NCBI GenBank assembly: GCA_022813865.1
Contig: JALDZX010000028.1
Span: forward strand, 248,001-293,385
DNA from: Xylographa opegraphella
Taxonomy: Eukaryota
Length of the DNA stretch: 45,385 nt
Reading direction: 5' to 3'
This document shows positions 11,793 through 24,178 of the stretch, piece after piece. A model generated the notes under the pieces. That model ran no database searches. It was not told the origin of the DNA and saw only the letters and a list, made by a program, of their open reading frames with translations. The position numbers were made by a program, and so were the translations under genes. Each line of letters begins with the position of its first letter. Positions within the stretch are counted from its first letter, which is position 1.

Positions 11793-13715
11793 CTATAGCT
11801 CTCTCCCAAGCCTTGCTTCGACCCTCTCCTTGAGCTCCTCTCCCTTCGGCATAATCACGCTCCCGCCCCTCTGCCGACGGACCTCCACCTCCTCCCGCAC
11901 CTCCCTCACTGCTTCATCCACGTCCCGCCCCAAATCGTTCGGCAACCCAAGCAGCGGACTGCCCAGCATTTCTTCGCTCCGTCTTTTGGCCAAGGTGGGC
12001 CGGTTTCGCTTGTCCAGCTCCCGAACCAGCCAGTCTTTCGCGGGAGAGGCGAAGAACGCCATCGAGGCGGCAATCATCACCACGGCGTAGAAGTACACGC
12101 GCGTCCACACGAGCAGTGACCCGGAAAAGGTCAGTAACACGAATGGTGCGGTCGTGAAGCAGAACACGCTCTGTGTGGCAAAGTATGTGGCCAGGTCGTA
12201 ATAGCGCTTCGCGGGCATAGAGCGCTGCCCGTCAGCGGTGAGGAAAAAAGGACGGATGTAGCGGCGGGCGTTCTTAGCGGTCGTTTGCACGAATGCTGCT
12301 AGTACGAAGGAGAGGTAGTAGCCCGGGTAGAAGCCATGCCAGAGCGCGCTTGTGACGAAAGTCGCCAGGCTAGCGCGAAAGCCGGGTTTCTTGCCTTTAG
12401 GAGTCACACGCAAGTACATGTAATTGCGCAGCCAGACGTTGGTGTTCATGTTCCAGTTCTCGAGGTAAGCGCGCGAATTCTGCGCGGATTCGATGCCCCA
12501 GGGATTGACGTTCTGCAGGCGATTCCATAGCACGCGCCCGGTCTTAGGGTCGATACCTTTGTAGCCCAGGCCAGAGAGAATGCACGCCCCTTCTGTGAGT
12601 GACCAGACGCCGTAATACTTCAGGCGGGTGGAGAAGCCGAGCATTTCGAGGATCCAGACACGTCGAAGGAAGCTGTACTGCATATATTGGTTGCCGAGCA
12701 CGAGATCGATGTTATACCAGGCGGAAAATTTGAGAAACAGGAAGATCCAGGCGAGGCCAGCTATGGCTTTCATGGCGGCAGGTGTACCGCTGCGGGGGAT
12801 TTTCCGCTTCTTGCGGGTCTGGGGCGCTTTTGAAGGATCGGTACCGGGCGGAATGGTGAACATGCTGGTTTCGATCCAGCTTCTGTAATCAACATAGTCG
12901 AAGGCTGGTCCAGCGAAAAGCGCAGGGAAGAAAAGCACGTAGCCAGTATAGTCGAGGAGGGCGGGGAGTTGTCGAATAGCGCGTTCTCTTTGGATATCGG
13001 CAAGGTCTTGATCGGGGAGCCGGCCATCCTGCACGTTCCAGCAGAACGCAGTGAGCTACGAGTGTCAGTATTTCTACACCGTGCTTTTGGAGTGGCATTT
13101 CGAACTTTCATGACAAGCACCATTTGCGCGCCTTTGGAGTATCTTTTAGCCTACAAAACAGGTCGATTCGGGCAAGTAAGACGGACCTGTGATATCGACC
13201 TTCTCTGGTGAAGCCGCGAACTGGCGATAAACATGGCTGACTGACATGTGGCCCATAAGAAACACGAAACCGACCCATGGCATGAAGGGGCTCTCAATGT
13301 ATGCTGCGATAATATATGCTCCAACGGAGCTTATGAATAGGGTCCGAATGCCTGTCCATAAGTCGAAGAGGCCGACGAGGTAAAATAGGGAAACTCTACA
13401 GGGTGCTCAGTAAGAGCACTTCAGGCTGGAATAGTCTTGGTTTCACACGCTATTATAAATAAGTTCTTCTGATATGGTTTGCTGTCAGGTATGCGCTTCA
13501 ACACTCCTGCTAAAGGATATGAGAGGAGGAACGACGAGATCAGCTTGACTGGCGAGCATCAGCTACTAGTAAAGGTTTGGCGAGTGGGCAGCCTGACGCT
13601 CATCGATTGAAGTCCCTGTAGCATCGGCGCCATATTCAAATGCTTGAAGGAGTGAGCTCAGAACCAATATAGCAAGTTCGAGATGCTGCTCACGGATGTT
13701 GATGTAGGGCAACAT
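11793..13715 (-). CDS. ALE1: MBOAT lysophospholipid acyltransferase (multi-exon)
   Basis: Start MLPYINIP at 13715; GAQMVLVMK|LTAFCWNVQDG; GPAFDY; WNMNTNVWLRNY; catalytic SALWHGFYPGYY. Confidence 0.93.
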
Positions 13716-13992
13716 GTTGCGCTACCTCCTACAAGCAGAACATATCTCTGCTAACTTCGAGTAGCCAGGTCTGACCTCCAGTCATGTGCAACGAAGGAGA
13801 TTGCAGAGAGAGTCGACGGGTTTGCGGGCAACCTTCAGCCCTACGAAGTTCTACCCCCAGTCCAAGGAGCCACAGCAGAACCCCCTTCTGCTCCAGTTGC
13901 TCTCATACATGCTGCAAAGTATGACTATATCCTCCTGACAACTCCTATTGCCCCTGTAGGCTCAGGCTCAGCTGTAGATTTCTGCTGCGAAG

Positions 13993-15988
13993 ATGGATGT
14001 CGTCTCGGTTGTGTCGGGGTACATCTCCAAGATGGTATCCGCCGGAGACATAGCCATCGGATCATCCTCAGCAAAAATGAAGATTCTTTTGCTTGATAGT
14101 GAGACAGTGCGAGTCTAAGGAGCTTGTGACGGAGGCGATACACAGGCTCATGCCAGCATAGGTCCCCATTGTATCGACAGCCATAACCCAGTCCGCTTTA
14201 CTCAACCACGAAATTTACCTAATAGAGCAAGTTGGAACTACGAGGTTCACCGGCACTCAACACTGACAATTCATGCAGTCGTCTTGATAATGCCAATCGC
14301 GAAAAAATGCGCCATTTGCGATGTTTGTGTTTCGTGCGACCTTCTCCTGATTCTATACAGCGATTGATCGATGAGTTTCGTGAACCGAAGTACGGAGAGT
14401 ACATGATCTGTTAGTCATACTAGATTCTCAAAATCATCGGTTACGAAGAATTGACTCTTTAGACTTCAGTAACGTGATTCGGAAATCTTCCCTTGAAAGA
14501 TTAGCAGAAGCAGACGACCACGAGATTGTCAGAAGTGTTCAGGAATATTTTGCGGACTATATCGTGGTTAATCCAGATCTTTTTGTGATTAACCTTGGCT
14601 TTCCCAAGCAACGGTTATGGTCTAATAGCCCGGATTTATGGAACCCAGACGCCCTGCAACGTTCAACAGAGGGAATCATAGCATTGCTTTTATCTCTCAA
14701 AAAGAAGCCTCTGATACGATACGAAAAAAACAGTCTAATGTCGAAGAAACTTGCTACCGAAGTTCGTTATCAAATGGCTCAGGAAGAGCAGCTGTTCGAA
14801 TTCCGCAGAACCGACACACCACCAGTCCTCCTCATCCTCGATAGACGTGATGATCCTATAACGCCGCTGCTGACCCAGTGGACATATCAAGCCATGGTCC
14901 ATGAAGAGCTCGGAATCTTCAATGGGAGGGTCGACTTAACTGATGTACCTGACATAAGACCTGAGCTTAAAGAGATTGTCCTTTCTCAAGATCAGGATCC
15001 TTTCTTCAAAAAGAACATGTACCTCAATTTTGGTGATCTAGGCGGCAGCATCAAAGAGTATGTTGAACAATACCAATTGAAGACAAAGAGCAATGCAAAC
15101 ATCGATTCCATTGAAGATATGAAGCGTTTCATAGAGGATTTTCCGGAGTTCAGAAAGCTATCTGGCAATGTCAGTAAGCACGTGGCGCTTGTTGGGGAAC
15201 TTAGCAGGAAAGTTGGTGCCCACAACCTGCTGGACGTGAGTGAGCTTGAGCAAAGTCTGGCTTGTAGCGACAATCATGCTACGGACCTTAAGGTATAAAG
15301 TGCTTGCTCCGGAAATCTCAAAATGGATCAATTGACGTCATGTTAGACTTTACAAAGACTTATTCAATTGGGTGATATGCCATCAGATAACAAAATCCGG
15401 CTGGTTGCTTTGTATTCTCTGCGATATGAGAAGCACCCATCAAGCGCTTTGTCCGCCCTTCTCGACCTGCTCAACATCGCTGGTGGCTTACCACAGCATC
15501 GAACTGACCTAATCAACAAATTGCTGATTTATCACCACTCTTTACAGGCCTCGCCAGCAGCTGGTGGTTTTACGGATATGTTTGAGTCAGCATCCATATT
15601 CTCTGGAGCTCGTGACCGGTTGAAAGGGCTCAAGGGCGTGGAAAATGTCTACACACAGCACTCTCCTCGTCTAGAAGTCACAATCCAGAACCTCATTAAA
15701 GGCCGGCTTAGGGAACAACAGTATCCCTTTGTCGAAGAGGGTGGTACCACGAAGGACAAGCCTCAGGATATTGTGGTCTTCATGATCGGGGGTACAACGT
15801 ACGAAGAAGCAAAAATGATTGCTCAAGTGAACGCTAGTTCTCCAGGTGTCAGGGTTGTCCTTGGAGGCACCAGCATCCAAAACAGTATAACATTTCTTGA
15901 AGAGATGGAAGATGCAGTGTCTAGTTGGCCGGACTCAAGGTCAATATCAGCAGCGGAAAAGCTAAGGAGGGAGGGACGCAGGCGGTAG
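13993..15988 (+). CDS. VPS45: Sec1/Munc18 family vacuolar sorting protein (multi-exon)
   Basis: MDVVSVVSGYISKM..KMKILLLDSET; LLILDRRDDPITPLLTQWTYQAMVHE; ENVYTQHSP; MIGGTTYEE. Confidence 0.96.
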
Positions 15989-16295
15989 AATTGTGCAGGG
16001 CCCTCGCGTTCAATACCAGTCGTTGAAGCCTCAGTGTGATTTGTAAAAGGTATCATTACGTAGATTAGATACGCTCAAATACTCTGATTTTCTCGGATCC
16101 AACAGCTTTATCAGCACTACAAACCTGCCTTACGTATCGTCCGTGTACCTACCTATCATTCCCTCTCATGCTGCATAATTTCGCTTATTTCATTAGGAAC
16201 TTCACCCGCAAGAACGCTAACTACCGTTAGGGCGTCGAGGGCGTGACCATCATAAGCTTCTAAGGTCAGCTTTCTTTCCAATCATGATATTGATT

Positions 16296-18406
16296 ATGTT
16301 GCGATTTTTGAAGTCACCGGCACTACAGTGCTGGGGCCATATTCCGCGATGTAGGTCCAGTCACGGAAACATGTGCCAAGGATTTGCCACATTCACAGAG
16401 ACTGCAATGTAAGCTTCGTGGTAGAAATACTGTTACATTCTGGAGTATAAATACTGATACAATGTTTTCGTAGGCAGTATGATGTAGTCGTCATTGGGGG
16501 AGGTCATGCTGGCACTGAAGCCTCCAGCGCTGCTGCTCGCTCGGGCGCAAAGACGGCGCTTGTGACACCCTCAATATCAAACTTAGGCGTTTGCTCGTGC
16601 AATCCTTCGTTCGGCGGAATCGGAAAGGGTACGATGATTCGAGAAATAGACGCTCTTGATGGTCTTACAGGGAGAATGGTGGATAAAGCCGGTGTGCAGT
16701 TCCGAGTCTTGAACAAGAAAAAGGGACCCGCAGTATGGGGACCCAGGGCACAGATCGACAGAGAGCTTTACAAAAAGGAAATGAGGACAGAAATTCTGTC
16801 AACAAAAGGTCTGTGTGTCGTTGAGGGTAAAGTTGCGGACATCGTGATGTCTGAAGGACATGATAGGATGGAAACTGTGGGGAAAAGGGTTACAGGTGTA
16901 AGATTAGAGTCAGGGGAAGTACTTGAATGTGGAAAAGTGGTCATTACAACAGGGACATTCTTAGGAGGCGAGATACATATTGGACTTGACGTCTTTCCCA
17001 GTGGAAGAATAGGCGAAGCTGCCACGCTTGGGCTCAGCAAATCTCTTCGGCGTGCTGGCTTCAAACTCGGACGGCTCAAGACTGGGACACCTCCGCGATT
17101 AGATCGCAGATCCATCGACTTTTCTAAACTGGACGTACAGCCTGGTGACGATCCTCCAGTACCGTTCTCATTTCTAAGCGACACAGTAACAGTCAAGGAC
17201 CAGCTCGATTGTTACAGTACAGAAACAAATCCTATAACGCATGATATCGTTAGGGAGAATCTGTCCAAGAGCATACATATACGAGAGACAGTCAAAGGGC
17301 CACGATATTGCCCTTCATTAGAAGCAAAGATTGTTCGCTTCCAGGATAAAGACCACCATATAGTCTGGCTTGAGCCCGAGGGCTTTGATACAGATGTGAT
17401 TTATCCAAACGGAATATCAATGACTGTGCCTGCTGACGTACAGCGAGCTATGCTTCGAACTATCAAGGGCCTTGAAAACGTGACAATGCTCGAGCCAGGA
17501 TATGGAGTGGAATATGATTACGTTGATCCACGGAATTTACGCGCAACCCTAGAAACCAAACTTATATCAGGATTGTACTTGGCAGGGCAAATCAACGGTA
17601 CCACAGGATATGAAGAGGCTGCCGCCCAAGGTATCATCGCTGGTATCAATGCTGGTCTCGCTGCGCAAGGGAAAAATGAAATGGTAATCAGTCGAGGAGA
17701 CGGCTATATTGGGATTATGATCGATGATCTCATTACGAAAGGTGTTAGTGAGCCTTACAGAATGTTTACCTCAAGGAGTGAATATCGTATGAGTGCTCGT
17801 GCAGATAATGCCGATCTGCGTCTCACTGCCAGAGGAAGACATGCAGGCGTTGTTGGCGACAAGCGCTGGAGGCACTTTGACGATCTCTCAGCTGAAATGC
17901 GCTCCCTTAAGTTGTTGTTACAATCAACCAAAAAAAGCTCCTCATCATGGATAGATCACGGTTTCCAAGTCCACCAGGATTCCACTCATCGATCTGCTTT
18001 CGACCTTTTGCGTCTCCCTGGTGTTTCAATCGAGTCACTTTCACCACACATCTCTACAGTCTCATCATTTTCAAAAGTTGCCAGACAGAGGGTAGGTATC
18101 GAAAGCATATACGCACCTTATGTTGAGCAGCAGAAAGCAGCGATTCGTATTTTCGAACGTGATGAGCAGCTGAAACTTCCGCCTGACCTGGACTACAGTA
18201 TTATTCATGGGCTAAGCACGGAAGAGAAACGAGTCTTAAAACTCGTACGCCCAGAAAGTGTAGGGATGGCCAGGCGATGCGAAGGTGTCACCCCTGCTGG
18301 AGCACTGAGACTTCTTGCCTTTGTTCGCGGGGCTCGAGAGAAGGAAAGGCGGCATACTGCTTGGCAAGAGCTGGAAGTGAGGCAAGAAATGATCCTTAGT
18401 ACATAA
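16296..18406 (+). CDS. MTO1: Mitochondrial tRNA U34 modification enzyme (GidA/MnmG family); intron 16409-16473; alternative in-frame ATG at 16284
   Basis: Presequence-like first exon, [18 protein letters not shown] motif, [40 protein letters not shown]. Confidence 0.96.
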
Positions 18407-19642
18407 AATACAGATGCGCGAAGACTCTGGGCCTCCGGGATTGACTGTTCTACCCCACTCGGATCTGGTAACATGTCTTGCCTCGAAAAATTGACGACAT
18501 TTGTTGAGAACTCCTCACGGTCAGCATGACTCAACTCACCGAACGGGAGGCAGTGCACTGTAGATTCTCAGCAACGAAAGCTGAGACTTACGATGACAGG
18601 GGGGTTTCACGGAGTGACGCATATACTCATTTGCTCTTTTCGAAGGCTCTACGACCCTTGACCTGGGGTAATGCATCGTCAACCCTGCGGGTAGAATGCG
18701 AGATGGACGGGCGGGAGTATGCAGAAGATCAGTTGGCTCACGACCATTTTGACCGCATTTGTGGAAACTACATCTGCAGCTGAAATTCTGTACTGCATGG
18801 GATTGGGTGATCGTTCTTAAGTACCGTCCGGAAACCGACGGATTGTCTGAACACCATACCCGGCACGGCTTCGTTAAGTTGACAGCTCCTGTGTCTGGGG
18901 TCGCTAATATAGGTACCTCTGCGAAGCGCCTATCGCAAATAATCAGCTTGCGCAAGCACCGTGCGGCTCCCAGCACGCTTTAGCACCTCAATTTCCGGAT
19001 CGATACTTGTAAAGTTCGGATGAACTTCGTGTGATCGAGACCGTTGTATTGAAGCTGTCTTGACACTCAGATAATCTTGTGTCGCAGTTTCAATATTCGC
19101 GCTTGCTCTAGTACTCCTTTGTAGTACAGCCGTGGTGGAATGCACAGACGTAAGTACCTTGTTCCTTGGTATCCATTGTCCATATAAGCTGCTCAGATAG
19201 CAAAGCGGCGGCTAGAACAACGCTTCATCGCCTTAGAAAATGCCTGGTCACAATTTCTCTGGTAGTTGTTTCTCTGAATCGACTGCAGTATACACCCGGC
19301 CCCATAACCAGATCTCACAGGATATATCTGCATCACGTTTCACTTTTACCTGAAAGAATATACCTCTCTGGTTAGGCGCACCATTACATACCTTACCCGC
19401 TTGCATCAATACTACTCAGTAAGACGATCTTCTCCGCACTTTCTCCACATCTTCATAGTCCATAAAATCTCCGACGGAGCTGTTCTTCTCAGAATATGCT
19501 TTCCTCGTTGTATTATGCCTTTGATCTTTTTTAATCTGTTGATACGTTGAGTTTCCACACGTTCTTTTGCCCTCCGCAGTCAAGAATGCAGACATCTTCC
19601 AAATCCTCGGCCACCCTTGTGCCCACTCGCCCAGCCTCAACA

Positions 19643-20119
19643 ATGTACTATCATACTGGTATAGGAGGTGCCGGTAATTACCACAAGCACTGCACGGACG
19701 CTACTAGAGGCTCATCACCACGACACCACAATCGCGCCCATCTCTCCCAGTCGATACGCTCATTTTTTGGTGGGATAGGTGGTGGCGGAAACATACACGC
19801 CATGTCCAGTATAGACGCGATTGCCGAGCAAGAGGAGGCTGTTCGAGTCAAGGCAAGAGATCGAAGCTATACACTTCGACGCTTCGTTGGCATAGGAGGT
19901 GCTGGAAATCGAACCGCGAGTCGGATGGCTCATGACAAACATAGAGAGATGGAGGAGGATGCTTCAGGTCACAGTGGACAAGCTTTGCCATTCGGAGCAG
20001 CCGATGTTCTGAAATGGAGGATGGGTGCAGTACTTGGAAGGAAGAAGTTCAGGGACGAAGACAGTGCCGATATGGATCGTGCATTTTTTAAAAGCTTGCA
20101 AGATGGAACACGAGCGTAA
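19643..20119 (+). CDS. Par32/DUF3602-like protein with three G(I)GG(A/G)GN motifs (158 aa)
   Basis: First likely start ATG in CAACAATG context; motifs TGIGGAGNY, GGIGGGGNI, VGIGGAGNR resemble the GRGGAGN repeat. Confidence 0.7.
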   Translation: MYYHTGIGGAGNYHKHCTDATRGSSPRHHNRAHLSQSIRSFFGGIGGGGNIHAMSSIDAIAEQEEAVRVKARDRSYTLRRFVGIGGAGNRTASRMAHDKHREMEEDASGHSGQALPFGAADVLKWRMGAVLGRKKFRDEDSADMDRAFFKSLQDGTRA

Positions 20120-20361
20120 TATGGGTCTTCGTATTTATTTTGATGAGTGTATGGGAGTCTACAAAAGTCCGGGGCACATCGATCCCTATCGACGAGCATT
20201 GGGAAAAGCAGGCGCTTGATTCTCTCCGGTGACACGACACATAGAATGACGGTTTCGAGGAGGTCGTTGACTATCGTCAGAATTCGCACCCTACCACTAT
20301 TAATCATTTCATTTTCGCAATTTTCCGTGAGGTCTTGTGATCACCTATCGCTATATCGTCC

Positions 20362-20659
20362 TCACTTCTTCGATTCGGAGGGATTATACGTAGATCCTCC
20401 AGCGCCGTCGTTGTAATATGTCGAACCATTAGGGTTCGAATAATAGTAGCTACCATTCGTATTCGAGTAGTGATACGAATTGTCGTTGGTGGGAGTATAG
20501 GATGAAGAAGAGTAGTCACGCGAGCAATAGTGATTACCCTGTTTTATTCAGTCAAACTCCTCAATCGAAGCACTATAAATACGAAAGTACCTGGTCGTTG
20601 GTGCCTGATGATTTCACATCGTAGCTCTGGCCCTGGCTGGACTGAGTTGACTTGGACAT
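20362..20659 (-). CDS. 81-aa Tyr/Ser/Asn/Gly-rich microprotein; exons 20659-20591 and 20538-20362
   Basis: MSKSTQSSQGQSYDVKSSGTNDQ|GNHYCSRDYSSSSYTPTNDNSYHYSNTNGSYYYSNPNGSTYYNDGAGGSTYNPSESKK*; 52-nt GTACTT..CAG phase-0 intron; absent from the ORF track. Confidence 0.85.
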
Positions 20660-21108
20660 GCTGGAGAGTAACTAGTTCAGTCTACGTGTTACAACACCGT
20701 TAGTAGAGAGCCTATTTAGACAATACCCAGTATAAGTTGGTGAGCTCACGGTGGATTGTGATATTGACTGTTGTTCACAAGAGTGGAGATAAATGTTGGC
20801 AAGTCGAAGCAGTGTTTACGCGGGAAAGAAAGTGGGGTCCGCGTTTGCCCTCAGACGTGGCGCACTAAGCCCCTGCGGCTTAGTGCGCCATGTCTGAGGT
20901 ACTGAGGCAAGGTCCGCGTACGGAATGTCACAGATTGATCTGATGAGCGCAAAAGGTTTGCTACTGCCATGCACCCAAATGAATGATGAGAAAGCTGCTT
21001 TGTGATGTTTCTCCTTTATTACCCGAATCAAGCTGTATCTCCCGCACCTTCATCTCACATCTTTGACTCCAATGGCAACTTGCATATGCATGCAAGACCG
21101 TGGCAATT

Positions 21109-22634
21109 ATGACTTCGTTTGATATACAGCCATTGAACCGGTTTGCCGATACCAGCGCAGCCATAAGAAGGCCTAAGGTATCAGTGTAGCGGGCTGCAGT
21201 TAAGCATGAGCGCTAACGGCTCTGAAGGAAATTGCGTACTTCTCGTACGACGATGATCATCAATACCATCTTGATGAACGTTCTTTACGCTACTACTATC
21301 CTCCTCGGCTGGGCGCGGATCTTTCCAAGGGTTTCGATACCTTCAAGCAGCTGGACGACAACGCAGATGACCATCTGGACAGCTTGCTGAAGACTATTAT
21401 GGCCTTGGAAGGCGAGACTGGCACGAGATGCGAGGCAGACATCGTTACATGGAGAGGCATGATGACAAAGGTGAGGCAGCTACCTTCGCCCAGCTGTATG
21501 CTTATGTTGACACGCTATAGATCATGACCGCACCATTCGACAATATGGGCGGCAATGGGTGCGTTTGGCTGCACCTTCATTTAGAGTGAAATCCTAATTA
21601 AGCTAGGTTTGAGATGAACGCAACGAATTTCCAAGTGTGCCTTCCCCGGTCCGACAGTGGATGACAGCGGCTGACAGTGTGAGTGAGCGAAGGGGACAAT
21701 GTGAGGTTTGCTTATGAGCTTTCTTAAGCACTTCTGATATCCCTTAGCTTCATCGAAGAGAACCGTGAACGCAAGTTAGAACAGCGCCGATATCAACATA
21801 TCCAACGTTCGCAGGCTGGCACTCCGTCACAGGAGCTTATGAGCTATTGGGGTACTTACTACATGTGAACAAATAGCAAGACCGTACTGAACGGCCACAT
21901 AGGCTATAAGTTTGAGATATTGTCACTTTTACCTGGCCCTTGGGATCGAACATCCAGAGAGTATATTGAATCGCGGGAGAACGAGATTGTGAGCAATTAC
22001 GCTCAGTACTGCTCGATTGTCAAGACCGGTATCGGCAAGGCAAAAATGATCTTGGGTGGGGAAGTGGATGCTGGTGAGTTCTGCTCACTTCAGCCGTCAC
22101 CATAGTATTCTCATTGAGTTATAGTATGGGATAGTAAGCCCGACAATAGAGATGATCTTATCAACTGGGTCGAGCTCAAGACATCTGCCATGATCGAGAG
22201 TGAGAAAGACATGATCAAATACGAACGGAAGTTGTTGAAGTTCTGGGCTCAGTCGTTCTTGCTCGGGGTTCCCAAAATCGTTGTTGGGTTTCGCAGCAGA
22301 ATGGGAATCCTGCAGAGACTGGAGGAGCTTGAGACGAAGAGTATACCTGGAATGGTAAAACGTAGCGGAAAAGCCTCCTGGGATGGGAATATTTGTATCA
22401 ATTTTGCAGCTGGTTTTCTTGATTGTTTGTCTACAAAGTCCTAAATAGACGTGAAACTGCTGACTGCCTTTAGGGCTACAGCAGACCATCACGACAGAAG
22501 GTGTTTGGCGGATTCGACGTCGGGACAGATCATCAGTGATTGAAGTCTTCAGACATGAAGATTCTGGATATGGAGATATTCTTTCGCATGAGTTCGTTTC
22601 GTGGCGTAAGAGAGGAACATCGCTTGGTGCTTGA
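21109..22634 (+). CDS. RAI1: Decapping/exoribonuclease RAI1/DXO family, about 8 introns including an 8-nt micro-exon
   Basis: EIAYFSYD, IVTWRGMMTK, YWGYKFE, ILGGEVDA, WVELKTS, KLLKFWAQSFLLGVPKIVVGFR. Confidence 0.93.
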
Positions 22635-24038
22635 ACTTTGCGATATTTCCTCGATTGGAATGGAAACTACGTGTTTATGGGTATCGAGGGCCTTCCTGTC
22701 CCTCTCAGTCGAGGTAGTCAGCCGGATAGGCTATCAACTATATTTCGATTTTCAGTGTCACCTTTTCGTGTTGCCATGTGGTTTTTTTTTTTCATTCCTT
22801 GATCATCTGATCATCTGATGGTGAAATCCGTAGCAATAGCACACGCACTTGTCACTTGTTGTATCCACGAGATTTCCCAAGCATCCAAACTGTATGTTCT
22901 ACTTCATCGATTCATCAACCCTATAGTTTATAGCCAGTGCCGCCAATAGTTCAATCTTGTCGGTCTAAAATGGCTCACTTTCTTGTTTCCTAGAATGGTC
23001 GGCTCAGCTCGCTCCTCTGGCTCATTAGTCGACTCAGCACGAAGGTCTCAAGCTTCGAATTTTTTGCTGGAATTATCGGCATGAACCGGTTCACGCTTTC
23101 AAATTCTGAGAGGGTCGGCTCGGCTTACTCCTGAGGCTTCATCTTCGCTGTAGCTTGACGGTTTCAAGCTGGCCCGTCTGCACCATTGGCGACGCTGTCT
23201 ACAATCCTTAGTTCTGTAATGAGTCGAACCAGAGAATCTTCCGTTTTGGTCCGGTCTAATCGCCATTTACCACGATTCGATGCTTGAATTTGATCAATTG
23301 AGCGCCACGGCATCAGTCGACACTGGAAGCGAAATGCTCCTGCACTGTGCCGCGGAGAAAAGGCTAAACCAGAGTGATAATTGGTGAAAGTGGATGTCAA
23401 TTTCAGGATCCAACTACAGAGGGGCCCCTTATTCCAGTTGTATCGCAGCTTTTGCATCAGGACATCTACCATCTTCAGTAAAGTTGGGATTCTCAGTGGA
23501 AACCCAGCCATTTAAGACTGACCAAGAGTGAACAGCGATGACTCTTCACAGCTCCAAGTGTCGCTGATTGGGGTGACAAAATATCCAGTTCACATCCAGT
23601 ATGGCTCGAGTGGAGAAGGCTAGCCAATGAGCAAACACTAGGTCGACAGAAAAGCGAGGTATCTCAACGGCCAAGTCTTTCTTTGGAATACTATGATTGA
23701 TCTGGCAGACAGGGTATGAAGAAATAGGAAGTGAGCTGTGGTAATGGTAGAGAATTTACTTAGATACATAATAACATGCCATGACACTCCAATTATGGGA
23801 GCCTTTATTCAGCCAACGCAAGAGTATATAGGATCATCTAGTACAATATATGATGAACCCAAGACCAATCAAGCATCTATTACCAAAAAAGCATTACTCG
23901 TTACGGGCGCAACATCGATCGCAGCTCAAGACGCTTCGGTCATACAAAAAAACATATTTCGAACGCATCAAGAAGCGAATACCAAACATTGCCAACGTCC
24001 AAAACATGGACGAGCACAAGCGAAAGGAAGTAGCGGGC

Positions 24039-24048
24039 AAAAAAGAAA
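24039..24048 (-). terminator. RNA polymerase III oligo-T terminator of the tRNA gene
   Basis: TTTCTTTTTT on the minus strand starting 8 nt after the discriminator base. Confidence 0.8.
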
Positions 24049-24055
24049 TTCATAC

Positions 24056-24178
24056 TGCGATAACGGGGACTCGAACCCCGCACTCAAGCATGGGAAGCTT
24101 GACTGCATAATTATTAGCCGGATCAACCAACAGAAAGGCGAGACGTGACGAACATTTTAACCCCTAAACTATTATCGC
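24056..24178 (-). tRNA. tRNA-Gly(CCC) with a non-canonical 51-nt intron (24153-24103) after nucleotide 25
   Basis: Spliced: GCGATAA TA GTTT AGGGGTTA AAAT|T CAAGC TT CCC AT GCTTG AGTG CGGGG TTCGAGT CCCCG TTATCGC A; acceptor, D, anticodon and T stems all pair; anticodon at 24094-24092. Confidence 0.9.

Noticed and set aside
18450..19540. Short ORFs between MTO1 and the Par32-like gene (similar ones at 5400-6200 and 22900-23550)
   Set aside because: No domains, start context or splice model; treated as intergenic or unresolved.
23738..24148. Plus-strand ORFs overlapping the tRNA
   Set aside because: No coding signature; the region is explained by the minus-strand tRNA gene and its flank.
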